Source: Xylanibacter ruminicola 23
GTDB taxonomy: Bacteria > Bacteroidota > Bacteroidia > Bacteroidales > Bacteroidaceae
Reading direction: 5' to 3'
Length of the DNA stretch: 32,000 nucleotides
Assembly: GCF_000025925.1 (NCBI RefSeq)
Contig: NC_014033.1
Location: 3,330,001 to 3,362,000, forward strand
Part shown: piece by piece, positions 1 to 7,390 of the stretch
Layout of the letters: the number at the start of each line of letters is the position of its first letter
How positions within the stretch are numbered: position 1 is the first letter of the stretch
The notes under the pieces: generated by a model
Told to the model about the DNA's origin: nothing
The model's input: only the letters and a program-made list of their open reading frames with translations
The model's database searches: none
Made by a program: the position numbers and the translations under genes

Positions 1-2364
1 CTGGTGCAGCTTCTGGTCCTCGTACCAGTGACGCACATAGATGGCTATCAGGGCAATGGCCAGTAATATATAAATAAGGTAGGCCCAGATGGTGCGGTAA
101 TAAGGTGGCTTGATGTCGATGTGCAGTTGCGATACGGCCGTTTCCTTACCGTTCATCATGTTCTTGGCCTTTACATACAGCGTGTGACTGCCCTCGGCCA
201 TCTGGGTAAACGATATCACGTTGCTCGATCCGTTGTCAATCCATTCGCCATCGTCTGTCAGTCGGTACAGGTAATGGTAGAACGGCTCCTCCAGATAGTT
301 AAAGGTGGCTAAGCTCACGGCAAAGGAGTTCTGCGTGTGGTCTAATGTCAACGTCAGGTTATCGCGCTCGCCCTGCATAAAGTCGTTGATGTTCTGCAGC
401 TTACCCAAAATGTTGAGTGTGGTAAAACTAATGCGCAGTTCGTGTACCTGCTGCTGTACGGTGGTGTCGTTCACAATAGCCGTAAAGCCGTTGATACCGC
501 CAAAAAACAGCTCCCTGCCATTGGCAAAGGCGGCACCATCGCAGTATTCGGTTACATCCAGTCCGCTGTTCATGCCATACACCTTCAGCACCGTGCCGTT
601 GGGCGACAGTTCTACCAGTCCGCCGTTGGTGGTAGCCCATACTTCGTCTGCTGTACCTTTTGTAAAGGCATGTATGGTGTTGTTAGGCAGTCCGTTGGCT
701 GTAGTCAGATGGTGACTCTTGCCTTGCTTGTTACGTATAAAAATGCCCATGCCCGTACCTATCCACAGGTTATCGCCCACGGCCTGCAGCGCAAACACAT
801 CGTTAATGCTGGGGTCGTTGGTTGTCTGGCTGGGTGCCATATACTTCAGCTGTCCTTTCTCAAAGGTATAAAGTCCTTTTCCACGGTTTCCAAACCACCA
901 GCGGCCCTGTTCGTCGCAGGTCAAACAGAAGAAGTAGTTCGACGAGCCTTTGCCGCCATCCAGCACATAGCGTTTCATGTTGGTTAGTCGTGGCTGTCCG
1001 TTTTCTACGCTGATATCGGCCTTTACTATACCCGATCCCAAGGTAGCCATCCACAGTTCGTTGCCTTTCTCGCGGATATCTATCACCTGCTGCAGGTGCA
1101 TTTCGGCTGGTACGGGTCGTATGCTCTTGGTGGCTTGCGAGTAATAGCAGATGCCATCGCCGCCACTAATCCAGAACCAGGGATGTTTGCTCTCGGCCAG
1201 TTTGTAAACCACATTGCTGCTCAGACCGCTGTTTTGCTCTCTGTACACCGTTTCGCCCAGCTGGTGTGGGTTCTGGTAGATGCTGAAGTTGGGTACCTGT
1301 ATCAGTCCGTCGCCCTTGGTGCCCACCCATAGGTTGCCCTCGCCATCTTTTAGCAGGGCACGGATGGGGAACGATTTGCCGGCACGTAGCGAGGTGCTTG
1401 CAAACGAGCGTAATGTCAGTGGCTCGTCGCTATACATCAGCACGCCGGCACCATCCGAGCCTATCCATACGATATCGCCTAAGCGGTCCTTGTGCATACA
1501 GAATACGCCTGTTTCTACCCCTAAGTCAATCACCTCGGCAGGTCGGCCTTTGGGACGGTTCACTTTAATCACACCACCTTCGCCAAAGCCAATCATCAGC
1601 GACTCCTTGTATTGCAGTACCTCGTTGACGAAACCTCGTCGACTGATTTCATGGGCCAGCGACATCTCGTGTTGCAGGGTGAGTGCCTCCATCTGGTAGC
1701 TGTATAGCTGTCCGTCGTTGGTAACCAGGTATTCTGTATCGCCATCGGGCATGGCCGATACCAGGTGCATGCGTTGCACCATTTTGGGCTTGCCAATGGA
1801 GTATTGGTTGTTGTTGGCGCTTAGCTGATAGCTCACAATGCCATCGCGGTTAAACAGGTAAAGAGCCTTACTCGATACGGCAAAGTCGCACACGTTGGCC
1901 AGTGTTACGCCTTTCAGGGGTAGGGCATGTATGCTGCCGTCGCGCTTGTCGATATAGTTCAGTTTGCCGTCGGTAAGCAGGAATCCGTCGCCTTGCGGAT
2001 TCTTTCGTATGCGTCTTAGTCCTTGGAACTGTGGGTAGTAGCGCACCTCCTGTCCTTTGGGTGTTACAATGTTCAGACCATAGTTAGTCAGCACCCAGGT
2101 GTTGTTATCGCCTACGTTCAGCACATGCTCTATCAGGTTGCCGTAGAGTCGCTGTCCGGCATGCAGGGTGGCAGGGCGCACCTTACTGCCGTCGTAGCAG
2201 TTCAGTCCGTCGATGGTGCCAAACAGCATAGTGCCGTCGGGTTGCTGCTCAATACTGAGTATCGAACTGGCCGACAGTCCGTCGCCACTGGATATATGTC
2301 GGATGTTATAAGCCTGTACTTGCAGCACGAAAGCCGCGAAAGCAAGTAGTAATTTAATCTTCAT
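1..2364 (-). CDS. Hybrid two-component system (HTCS) sensor kinase/response regulator, N-terminal periplasmic sensor part only; 3' end lies beyond the window start
   Basis: Absent from the ORF track because it has no stop in the window. The reverse frame from ATG (2364-2362) stays open for 788 codons to position 1. Hand translation begins MKIKLLLAFAAFVLQVQAYNIRHISSGDGLSASSILSIEQQPDGTMLFGTIDGLNCYDG (signal peptide plus two-component-regulator propeller repeats). It ends ...HIDIKPPYYRTIWAYLIYILLAIALIAIYVRHWYEDQKLHQ (end of a Y_Y_Y-type domain plus TM helix). This is the same layout as the complete HTCS at 25428-29432. Confidence 0.85.
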   Translation of the reverse strand, partial: MKIKLLLAFAAFVLQVQAYNIRHISSGDGLSASSILSIEQQPDGTMLFGTIDGLNCYDGSKVRPATLHAGQRLYGNLIEHVLNVGDNNTWVLTNYGLNIVTPKGQEVRYYPQFQGLRRIRKNPQGDGFLLTDGKLNYIDKRDGSIHALPLKGVTLANVCDFAVSSKALYLFNRDGIVSYQLSANNNQYSIGKPKMVQRMHLVSAMPDGDTEYLVTNDGQLYSYQMEALTLQHEMSLAHEISRRGFVNEVLQYKESLMIGFGEGGVIKVNRPKGRPAEVIDLGVETGVFCMHKDRLGDIVWIGSDGAGVLMYSDEPLTLRSFASTSLRAGKSFPIRALLKDGEGNLWVGTKGDGLIQVPNFSIYQNPHQLGETVYREQNSGLSSNVVYKLAESKHPWFWISGGDGICYYSQATKSIRPVPAEMHLQQVIDIREKGNELWMATLGSGIVKADISVENGQPRLTNMKRYVLDGGKGSSNYFFCLTCDEQGRWWFGNRGKGLYTFEKGQLKYMAPSQTTNDPSINDVFALQAVGDNLWIGTGMGIFIRNKQGKSHHLTTANGLPNNTIHAFTKGTADEVWATTNGGLVELSPNGTVLKVYGMNSGLDVTEYCDGAAFANGRELFFGGINGFTAIVNDTTVQQQVHELRISFTTLNILGKLQNINDFMQGERDNLTLTLDHTQNSFAVSLATFNYLEEPFYHYLYRLTDDGEWIDNGSSNVISFTQMAEGSHTLYVKAKNMMNGKETAVSQLHIDIKPPYYRTIWAYLIYILLAIALIAIYVRHWYEDQKLHQ

Positions 2365-2389
2365 GTTTTTAATTTTTCCTTTTCGTGCG

Positions 2390-2397
2390 CAAAAATA
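2390..2397 (-). promoter_or_regulatory. Putative Bacteroidetes -7 promoter box (TATTTTTG) for the HTCS gene 1-2364
   Basis: Reverse complement of caaaaata is TATTTTTG, matching the TAnnTTTG consensus, 25 nt upstream of the ATG at 2364. Confidence 0.4.
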
Positions 2398-2520
2398 CAA
2401 AAATATTTTGTAACACCCGTTCTTTATGCCTTTTTTGTGACAAAAAAGTTATAATCATGCAATTACGTTAAATATTATTATAAGATGATTATTATAGTAT
2501 GATAATTGAAAGATAATAAT

Positions 2521-2528
2521 TATATTTG
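2521..2528 (+). promoter_or_regulatory. Putative -7 promoter box (TATATTTG) for the ATPase gene 2546-3670
   Basis: Exact TAnnTTTG match 17 nt upstream of the ATG at 2546, in an AT-rich divergent intergenic region. Confidence 0.45.
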
Positions 2529-2545
2529 CAACAAAAAAGCATGGT

Positions 2546-3670
2546 ATGGTAAACAATCCTTTTATTCTGTATGGATATGAGTCGGAGGAGTATTTCTGTG
2601 ATCGTCAAGACGAGACGAAGCATCTGCTCCGATTAATAGAGAATGGAAATAATGTTGCATTAATAGCTCCACGTCGAATAGGTAAGACGGGGCTGATAGA
2701 GAATTTATACCATCTAAAGGAGGTTCAGGAGAATTATTATACGTTTCTGATTGATATCTATGCAACTAAGAATATGGAGGATATGGTTATGGCGATGGGT
2801 AGCGCAATGCTTGCATCATTACGGCCTAAAGGTGCTCAGATTATGCAGAAGTTTACAGGCTTCTTGTCTTCTTTACGTAGCGGTATCTCTTTTGATCCTG
2901 CTGGAAATCCGTCGTGGAATGTGGAGATTGGAGATATCAGGATGCCAAGAACAACTTTAGAGGAGATCTTTCACTATATTGAATCGGCTGATAAACCATG
3001 TATTGTTGCTATTGATGAATTTCAGTCGGTTGCAAATTATCCTGATGGTCATGCAGAGGCACTTCTACGAACACATATTCAACATTGTCGCAATGCAAAT
3101 TTTATCTTTGCCGGGTCGCAACGTACCATGATGGCCGAGATATTTAATAGTCCGGCACGTCCGTTTTACCAAAGTGCTTCGATGATGAATCTTGGCTGTA
3201 TTTCAATGGATAAGTATTGCCAGTTTGCTCAGGAGCATTTTTCGAAGGCAGGCAAATCGCTTCCTGCCGATGTGTTCCAGATGGTTTACGAGCGCTTTGA
3301 AGGTATAACCTGGTATGTACAGCGTGTGATGAACGAACTTTTTTCTTTAACGTCTACAGGATCTGCCTGTACGGTGGAGATGATAGATGTGGCTATAGAT
3401 AATATTCTGCGAGCTAACGAATTCAATTATCAATCATTGCTGTTTCAACTGCCACCAAAACAAAAGATGCTGTTAGTGGCTATCTGTAAAGCAGGTAAGG
3501 CCACTGCCTTAACGTCGGCCGATTTTGTTCGTCGCTGGCATCTTCCGTCAACAAGTAGTGTTCAGTCTGCTATAAAGGGGCTGCTCGAAAAGAGTTTTGT
3601 GACAACTTCGCTTGGTGTTTACGAGGTTTACGATAAATTCTTTGCCATGTGGCTCCTCCGTCAATCATAA
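2546..3670 (+). CDS. AAA+/Arch_ATPase-type ATP-binding protein (COG1672-like) with C-terminal winged-helix-like segment
   Basis: 374-aa ORF. Walker A-like APRRIGKTGL and Walker B-like CIVAIDEFQS. The C-terminus (LPPKQKMLLVAICKAGKATALTSADFVRRWHLPSTSSVQSAIKGLLEKSFV) looks like a wHTH. Overall layout is typical of archaeal-ATPase family proteins common in Bacteroidales. Confidence 0.8.
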   Translation: MVNNPFILYGYESEEYFCDRQDETKHLLRLIENGNNVALIAPRRIGKTGLIENLYHLKEVQENYYTFLIDIYATKNMEDMVMAMGSAMLASLRPKGAQIMQKFTGFLSSLRSGISFDPAGNPSWNVEIGDIRMPRTTLEEIFHYIESADKPCIVAIDEFQSVANYPDGHAEALLRTHIQHCRNANFIFAGSQRTMMAEIFNSPARPFYQSASMMNLGCISMDKYCQFAQEHFSKAGKSLPADVFQMVYERFEGITWYVQRVMNELFSLTSTGSACTVEMIDVAIDNILRANEFNYQSLLFQLPPKQKMLLVAICKAGKATALTSADFVRRWHLPSTSSVQSAIKGLLEKSFVTTSLGVYEVYDKFFAMWLLRQS

Positions 3671-3718
3671 TTTTCAAAATTTATCTACCACTCTACCACC
3701 AATCTGCTGGGATGCCTG

Positions 3719-5239
3719 TTATAAACTTTGTAGGTAGTCATCCCATTGGGTGGGGGAGCCTTTCTGGCCGAACGATTTCTCGTATAGGCGTTCTCGGGTT
3801 GAACTGATTGCTTGCTTGCTTTTATTGAGTAAGTTTGCAACCTTTACGGGAGCAATGTCGATTTTCCTTAACAGGCAAATTTGGCGTTCAGTAGCGCTGA
3901 TATCACATAGATTCTCCAACCTCTCTGTAAAACGTGGATAAACTGTATTGATGACCTGTTCTAATTCCTGCCAGTCTTTATCGGTAATGTTAGGAGCAAA
4001 GGTCATACTGTTATCTGCAAAGTTGTAGAACTTTTTACGAATATCACATTCTTGTATTTGTTTTTTTCTTTCTTCTGATAGGGCTTTCTCTTCCTGTGTT
4101 TGTTGCCATTTCTTTGCCTGTTCTAATATTTCAGATCTCAGACTTTTTGTTTCTTTGTGTTTGGTGTAATACAAATATACAGCAATAAAAATAAACGCAA
4201 GCGTCAGGATGACGAAACAAGCTACTGTAAGATAAAAGTATATGCGTTGATTGCTTTCACGTAGCTCTGCATTCTCTTGTTCCTGTCGCTGATAATTGTA
4301 TAGTGCATTTATCTTGGCAACGGTTGCTGTGTTTGTTGTTTCGTTGATAGAGTCGTTAAGATTCTTATATACTGTTAGATAATGCAATGCTTCTTTTGCT
4401 TGTCCTCGTTTGAGGGCAATTTCGGCCAAGCGCTCATTAGCTGAGCAGCGAGCATATATTGTACCTATTTTTAATAGTTGCTTAGAGTAATATTCGGCAG
4501 AGTCCACCATACCGATGGTCATATAAATATTTGCTGCAGTTGTTAGTACGCCACTGCTGTCAGGGCCATATACGCAGGTTAAAGCTTCGTTTATCTCTGC
4601 TTTTGCTTTTGGGTAATTCTGCAATTTGCAATATAAACCTGCAAGGTTGCTTTTGTTACCATAATACAAATAGTCTATATTTTTTGCTTTTGTCAACTGG
4701 ATTGATTCCTGTAATATCCTTAGGGCCTCATCATATCGTTCATGGTCACTTAGTTCCTTTCCCCAATCTCTCAGGCCATATATCATACCGAGCGTATCTT
4801 TTTGGCTTTTACAGAACTGGTAGGAGCGTTTGAATGCTGCGATGGCCTCTTCTGGTAAGTCTTGGTACGAAAATACATAACCTATCTGGCTATAGATTAC
4901 TCCTTCCAAATCTGGGGTGTCGCTATGTGGTAGGGCTGATACTGCCTTATTGTAATAATGTAGTGACTTTGTGAAATCTCGTCGCTCGTAGAAAACACGA
5001 CCTGCGTAATAACATGCCTCAGCTAATTTCAGTTTACTGCCATGATGTTCATAATAGTCAACTAGCGAAAGTGCTAAAGAGTCAGATTCTGCAATAGGTT
5101 CATCGGCTTTATCTGCCGTTTTAATGCTTTGTAGCTTTTGATACATATCTTTTTCAAGAGAAGAATCCTCCCCCTGACACGAAAATGTAATGACCAATAT
5201 GGTAACGAATATGATGCGTTTTAGCAAATCTAATCTCAT
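3719..5239 (-). CDS. Membrane-tethered regulator: lipoprotein-type signal peptide + extracytoplasmic TPR repeats + single TM helix + coiled coil + C-terminal LuxR/FixJ-like HTH
   Basis: 506-aa ORF. The N-terminus MRLDLLKRIIFVTILVITFSC has a lipobox-like FSC. Residues ~60-300 carry TPR-like repeats rich in A/Y/L (e.g. AEACYYAGRVFYERRDFTKSLHYYNKAV). The TM helix is IYFYLTVACFVILTLAFIFIAVYLYY (residues ~333-358), followed by a K-rich stretch. The C-terminus ISATERQICLLRKIDIAPVKVANLLNKSKQAISSTRERLYEKSF fits the LuxR-type HTH pattern. Confidence 0.8.
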   Translation of the reverse strand: MRLDLLKRIIFVTILVITFSCQGEDSSLEKDMYQKLQSIKTADKADEPIAESDSLALSLVDYYEHHGSKLKLAEACYYAGRVFYERRDFTKSLHYYNKAVSALPHSDTPDLEGVIYSQIGYVFSYQDLPEEAIAAFKRSYQFCKSQKDTLGMIYGLRDWGKELSDHERYDEALRILQESIQLTKAKNIDYLYYGNKSNLAGLYCKLQNYPKAKAEINEALTCVYGPDSSGVLTTAANIYMTIGMVDSAEYYSKQLLKIGTIYARCSANERLAEIALKRGQAKEALHYLTVYKNLNDSINETTNTATVAKINALYNYQRQEQENAELRESNQRIYFYLTVACFVILTLAFIFIAVYLYYTKHKETKSLRSEILEQAKKWQQTQEEKALSEERKKQIQECDIRKKFYNFADNSMTFAPNITDKDWQELEQVINTVYPRFTERLENLCDISATERQICLLRKIDIAPVKVANLLNKSKQAISSTRERLYEKSFGQKGSPTQWDDYLQSL

Positions 5240-5258
5240 AACAATCTTTTTTCGCTTG

Positions 5259-5266
5259 CAAAGGTA
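5259..5266 (-). promoter_or_regulatory. Putative -7 promoter box (TACCTTTG) for the TPR-HTH gene
   Basis: Reverse complement of caaaggta is TACCTTTG, 19 nt upstream of the ATG at 5239. Confidence 0.45.
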
Positions 5267-5313
5267 ATACTTTTATTTCAAAAATTCCCCATTTCATCGA
5301 AATTTTACGGTTT

Positions 5314-5352
5314 TGCGTACAGTACGCAGAAAATGCGTACTCATTTGCGTAC
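5314..5352. promoter_or_regulatory. Array of four TGCGTAC heptamers (one inverted) - candidate operator/activator site in the divergent promoter region
   Basis: TGCGTAC at 5314-5320, GTACGCA at 5322-5328 (together the palindrome TGCGTAC-A-GTACGCA), and TGCGTAC again at 5334-5340 and 5346-5352. The array lies between the two divergent -7 boxes (5259-5266 and 5384-5391). Confidence 0.45.
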
Positions 5353-5383
5353 TAAAAAGTTTGGTTATATGTCATGAGCGTAT

Positions 5384-5391
5384 TAATTTTG
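5384..5391 (+). promoter_or_regulatory. Putative -7 promoter box (TAATTTTG) for the 5417-10806 gene run
   Basis: Exact TAnnTTTG match 25 nt upstream of the ATG at 5417. Confidence 0.45.
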
Positions 5392-5416
5392 CAGCATTAA
5401 ATTTAAAATTTACTGT

Positions 5417-5779
5417 ATGAAGAAATTAATTCCAATTCTATTATTGGCTTTCATAAGTCAAATTTGTTATGCAGAGGACACGCCTAATGGCAATAATGCA
5501 GATGGATATGATAAGGGAGAAAAAGGTCATCCACATAAGGCTCCCATAAAGCCATCTGCCCCACTTATCTCTTATAATCAAGGAGTGTTGTCTGTCTCAA
5601 CCCATAATACATTGTATAATGCAGAGATAATAATTCGTGATATTAATGGTAATATCATATATGATGTTGTTGATACCATCTCAAATGGTTATGTCATACT
5701 CTTGCCAGAATTCGTATCTGCTGAGATGTATCGTTTTGAATTGGTTTATTCAGAGAATCAGATTGTTTTATATTTCTGA
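5417..5779 (+). CDS. Small secreted protein, possibly DUF3244-type beta-sandwich (family assignment from memory, unverified)
   Basis: 120-aa ORF with signal peptide MKKLIPILLLAFISQICYA|ED. A low-complexity linker is followed by a ~75-aa beta-rich C-terminal domain (ISYNQGVLSVSTHNTLYNAEIIIRDINGNIIYDVVDTISNGYVILLPEFVSAEMYRFELVYSENQIVLYF). Confidence 0.65.
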   Translation: MKKLIPILLLAFISQICYAEDTPNGNNADGYDKGEKGHPHKAPIKPSAPLISYNQGVLSVSTHNTLYNAEIIIRDINGNIIYDVVDTISNGYVILLPEFVSAEMYRFELVYSENQIVLYF

Positions 5780-5830
5780 AATAGAATATGGATCCATAGA
5801 GGAAACTCCACAAATTCTATAAATATTAAC

Positions 5831-5853
5831 AATTTTAAAACAAAAGTAAAATG
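5831..5853 (+). repeat. Leader repeat copy 1 (AATTTTAAAACAAAAGTAAAATG) ending in the start codon of mini-protein A
   Basis: Identical except for one extra A to 7340-7363 (AATTTTAAAACAAAAAGTAAAATG). Confidence 0.85.
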
Positions 5854-6075
5854 AAGAAGTTTTTATTGATGCTTGCCATCATGGGAAGCGTAGTTACAAC
5901 TGCTTCGGCTGAAAAGAAAGAGCAGCCCAAAGAAGAATATGTTTATACTTTTCGTGGGCATTGCGAAACTTTGTCGATAACAAAGAGTTTTGATCATGTA
6001 CTTACAGATGCCGAAAAAGCATACTGGAATGGTTATGTGGATGGATTGTGTAATCCTCTACTACATTATTGTTAA
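5851..6075 (+). CDS. Secreted Cys-rich mini-protein A (74 aa precursor, ~54 aa mature), unknown family
   Basis: Signal peptide MKKFLLMLAIMGSVVTTASA|EKKEQPK. The mature part has 3 Cys and ends in HYC-stop. It is a clear paralog of the next ORF. Confidence 0.65.
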   Translation: MKKFLLMLAIMGSVVTTASAEKKEQPKEEYVYTFRGHCETLSITKSFDHVLTDAEKAYWNGYVDGLCNPLLHYC

Positions 6076-6093
6076 ACAATATCTGTGATGGTT

Positions 6094-6309
6094 ATGAAAG
6101 CATTTCTATTATTTCTATTACTAATTCTAGGACTTAATTTTGCTTACGCAGAAAAAAAAGAAGATCCTAAGTCACATTGTTATTTATTTGTTAGCAAGTG
6201 TGATAGATGCTATACAAAGGTTTTTGATCATGAACTATCTGATGCGGAATATGCATATTATCAAGGGTTTTATGATGCGCAATGTGATAAAAACTGGCAT
6301 TACTGTTAA
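6094..6309 (+). CDS. Secreted Cys-rich mini-protein B (paralog of A; ~52 aa mature), unknown family
   Basis: The track ORF starts at GTG 6085. ATG 6094 gives MKAFLLFLLLILGLNFAYA|EKKEDPK. The mature part has 5 Cys and also ends in HYC-stop. Shared pattern with A: TK.FDH.L[ST]DAE.AY..G..D..C....HYC. Confidence 0.65.
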   Translation: MKAFLLFLLLILGLNFAYAEKKEDPKSHCYLFVSKCDRCYTKVFDHELSDAEYAYYQGFYDAQCDKNWHYC

Positions 6310-6333
6310 TTATTTGATTAATCGATTATGTAA

Positions 6334-6341
6334 TAATTTTG
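6334..6341 (+). promoter_or_regulatory. Possible internal -7 box (TAATTTTG) ahead of GLPGLI gene 1
   Basis: Exact TAnnTTTG match, but only 15 nt upstream of the ATG at 6357. It could be a chance match in AT-rich DNA. Confidence 0.25.
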
Positions 6342-6356
6342 TAATTCTATGTTTAT

Positions 6357-7193
6357 ATGAAAAAAAAAGTCATTGTATTATTGCTAGGACTCGCAATAAT
6401 GAATCTATGCTATTCAAAGAATTTTATGGATAAGATGATGTTTCGTTTCGTCTATGACGTACAGGCAAAGGCTTTCGAAAAGAGTACCCGGTTGAATTCT
6501 GATGAACATTGGTTGGATATTGGTGAAAATGGTGTTAGCAAGTACTATAGTAGATGGAAGAATGATTATTGGCATATAAATGATAGTTTAAAAGCAATTG
6601 GCGGTGATTTTAACAGCATACAGCGCGTTGTTCGTGAAAAAGGGATAGAGTCATCACAATTCAACTACTATATCTACAAAAACTATCCTAGTCAGCGACA
6701 TCAAACGGTGGATTACTATTCAATAGAATTATTCCAGTATCAAGAGCCCATGGGGCAGGACTGGGAACTGGCAGAAGGAGATACTACAATTTTGAACCAT
6801 CCCTGCCATAAGGCTGTTTGCAATTATCACGGTAGAACATGGACAGCCTATTATGCCACAGATATCCCCATCTCTGATGGTCCATGGAAGCTCTGTGGGT
6901 TGCCAGGTCTCATATTGAGAGCTTACGATCACGATGGTGCTTTCATTATTAATTGTATCGGCATCCACCAGGAAGTTGGAGGTGAGATAACCATGCGTGA
7001 TGCTAAGAAAAGGAAAATGAAGCCAGAACAAGCGCATAAATTGATAGAACTGATTGATAGCGATCCTGATGCATATATGGAATCGCAAGGTCACAAAAGC
7101 ACGACTTATGATGAGAAGGGCAGACCAATGAAGATGCCTCAGATGCCCAAGCGTGCCTATTACGAAAGTTATTCCTCTGGAGATAAGAAATGA
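6357..7193 (+). CDS. GLPGLI family protein (TIGR01200-type), paralog 1
   Basis: 278-aa ORF with N-terminal signal/lipobox-like MKKKVIVLLLGLAIMNLC. Contains the eponymous motif in DIPISDGPWKLCGLPGLILRAYD. Confidence 0.85.
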   Translation: MKKKVIVLLLGLAIMNLCYSKNFMDKMMFRFVYDVQAKAFEKSTRLNSDEHWLDIGENGVSKYYSRWKNDYWHINDSLKAIGGDFNSIQRVVREKGIESSQFNYYIYKNYPSQRHQTVDYYSIELFQYQEPMGQDWELAEGDTTILNHPCHKAVCNYHGRTWTAYYATDIPISDGPWKLCGLPGLILRAYDHDGAFIINCIGIHQEVGGEITMRDAKKRKMKPEQAHKLIELIDSDPDAYMESQGHKSTTYDEKGRPMKMPQMPKRAYYESYSSGDKK

Positions 7194-7241
7194 GATATAC
7201 GCTGTTGACATTGATGGTGTGGCTGACAGCTATGGTGGTCG
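7159..7241 (+). repeat. 83-bp junction repeat, copy 1 (3' end of a GLPGLI gene + first 52 nt of the TonB-receptor gene)
   Basis: 82/83 identical to 8211-8293 (single G/A difference at 7219 vs 8271), while the two GLPGLI gene bodies are strongly diverged. Confidence 0.9.
7190..7241 (+). pseudogene. 5' relic of the TonB-dependent receptor gene (signal-peptide fragment MRYTLLTLMVWLTAMVV)
   Basis: The ATGA overlap with the GLPGLI-1 stop is exactly as at 8242-8245. The first 17 codons equal the start of the 8242-10806 ORF. Homology then ends, and the frame stops after 29 codons (stop codon 7277-7279). Confidence 0.75.
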
Positions 7242-7324
7242 GATTACGGACACCTTATTTATTTCATCTTGTTTCATGAAACACATTGAACCAAGAAAAA
7301 TTTGGTTGTTTGTGTAGTTTTGCC

Positions 7325-7332
7325 TATCTTTG
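7325..7332 (+). promoter_or_regulatory. Putative -7 promoter box (TATCTTTG) for GLPGLI gene 2 / receptor
   Basis: Exact TAnnTTTG match 58 nt upstream of the ATG at 7391, followed by the conserved leader repeat. Confidence 0.5.
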
Positions 7333-7339
7333 CCCCAGG

Positions 7340-7363
7340 AATTTTAAAACAAAAAGTAAAATG
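7340..7363 (+). repeat. Leader repeat copy 2, ending in a dead start (ATG TGA TGA)
   Basis: AATTTTAAAACAAAAAGTAAAATG matches 5831-5853. Here the ATG (7361-7363) is immediately followed by TGA. Confidence 0.8.
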
Positions 7364-7390
7364 TGATGAATTATTGAAAACTGGATTATT

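Noticed and set aside
121-2349. Plus-strand ORFs at 121-312, 305-715, 442-987, 1096-1332, 1280-1699 and 2023-2349
   Set aside because: All lie opposite the continuous 788-codon minus-strand HTCS sensor frame, which has clear propeller/Y_Y_Y/TM features. The plus-strand products have no motifs.
2440-2520. Repeated GATAAT/GATTAT words in the AT-rich divergent region upstream of ATPase 1
   Set aside because: This is low-complexity AT-rich sequence. The words are short and degenerate, with no regular spacing or dyad symmetry.
5314-5352. Idea that the TGCGTAC repeats are inverted repeats of a Bacteroides-type invertible (phase-variable) promoter
   Set aside because: The only inverted pair is adjacent (1-nt spacer), so it does not flank a promoter-sized segment. 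The motif does not match the invertase IR consensus I remember. No invertase/recombinase gene is nearby.
5781-5820. Hairpin ATAGAAT...ATTCTAT enclosing the 12-nt palindrome TATGGATCCATA between the DUF3244-like gene and mini-protein A (possible attenuator/terminator)
   Set aside because: The stems are short and AT-rich and are not followed by a T-run. This is plausible by chance in ~25 percent GC sequence, and no supporting second copy was found.
6140-6433. 97-aa ORF overlapping mini-protein B and the start of GLPGLI-1; also 5637-5822, 6729-7211(-), 7943-8263(-) and 8178-8450(-)
   Set aside because: These are frames in AT-rich or antisense sequence. They lack signal peptides or motifs and conflict with paralog-supported genes.
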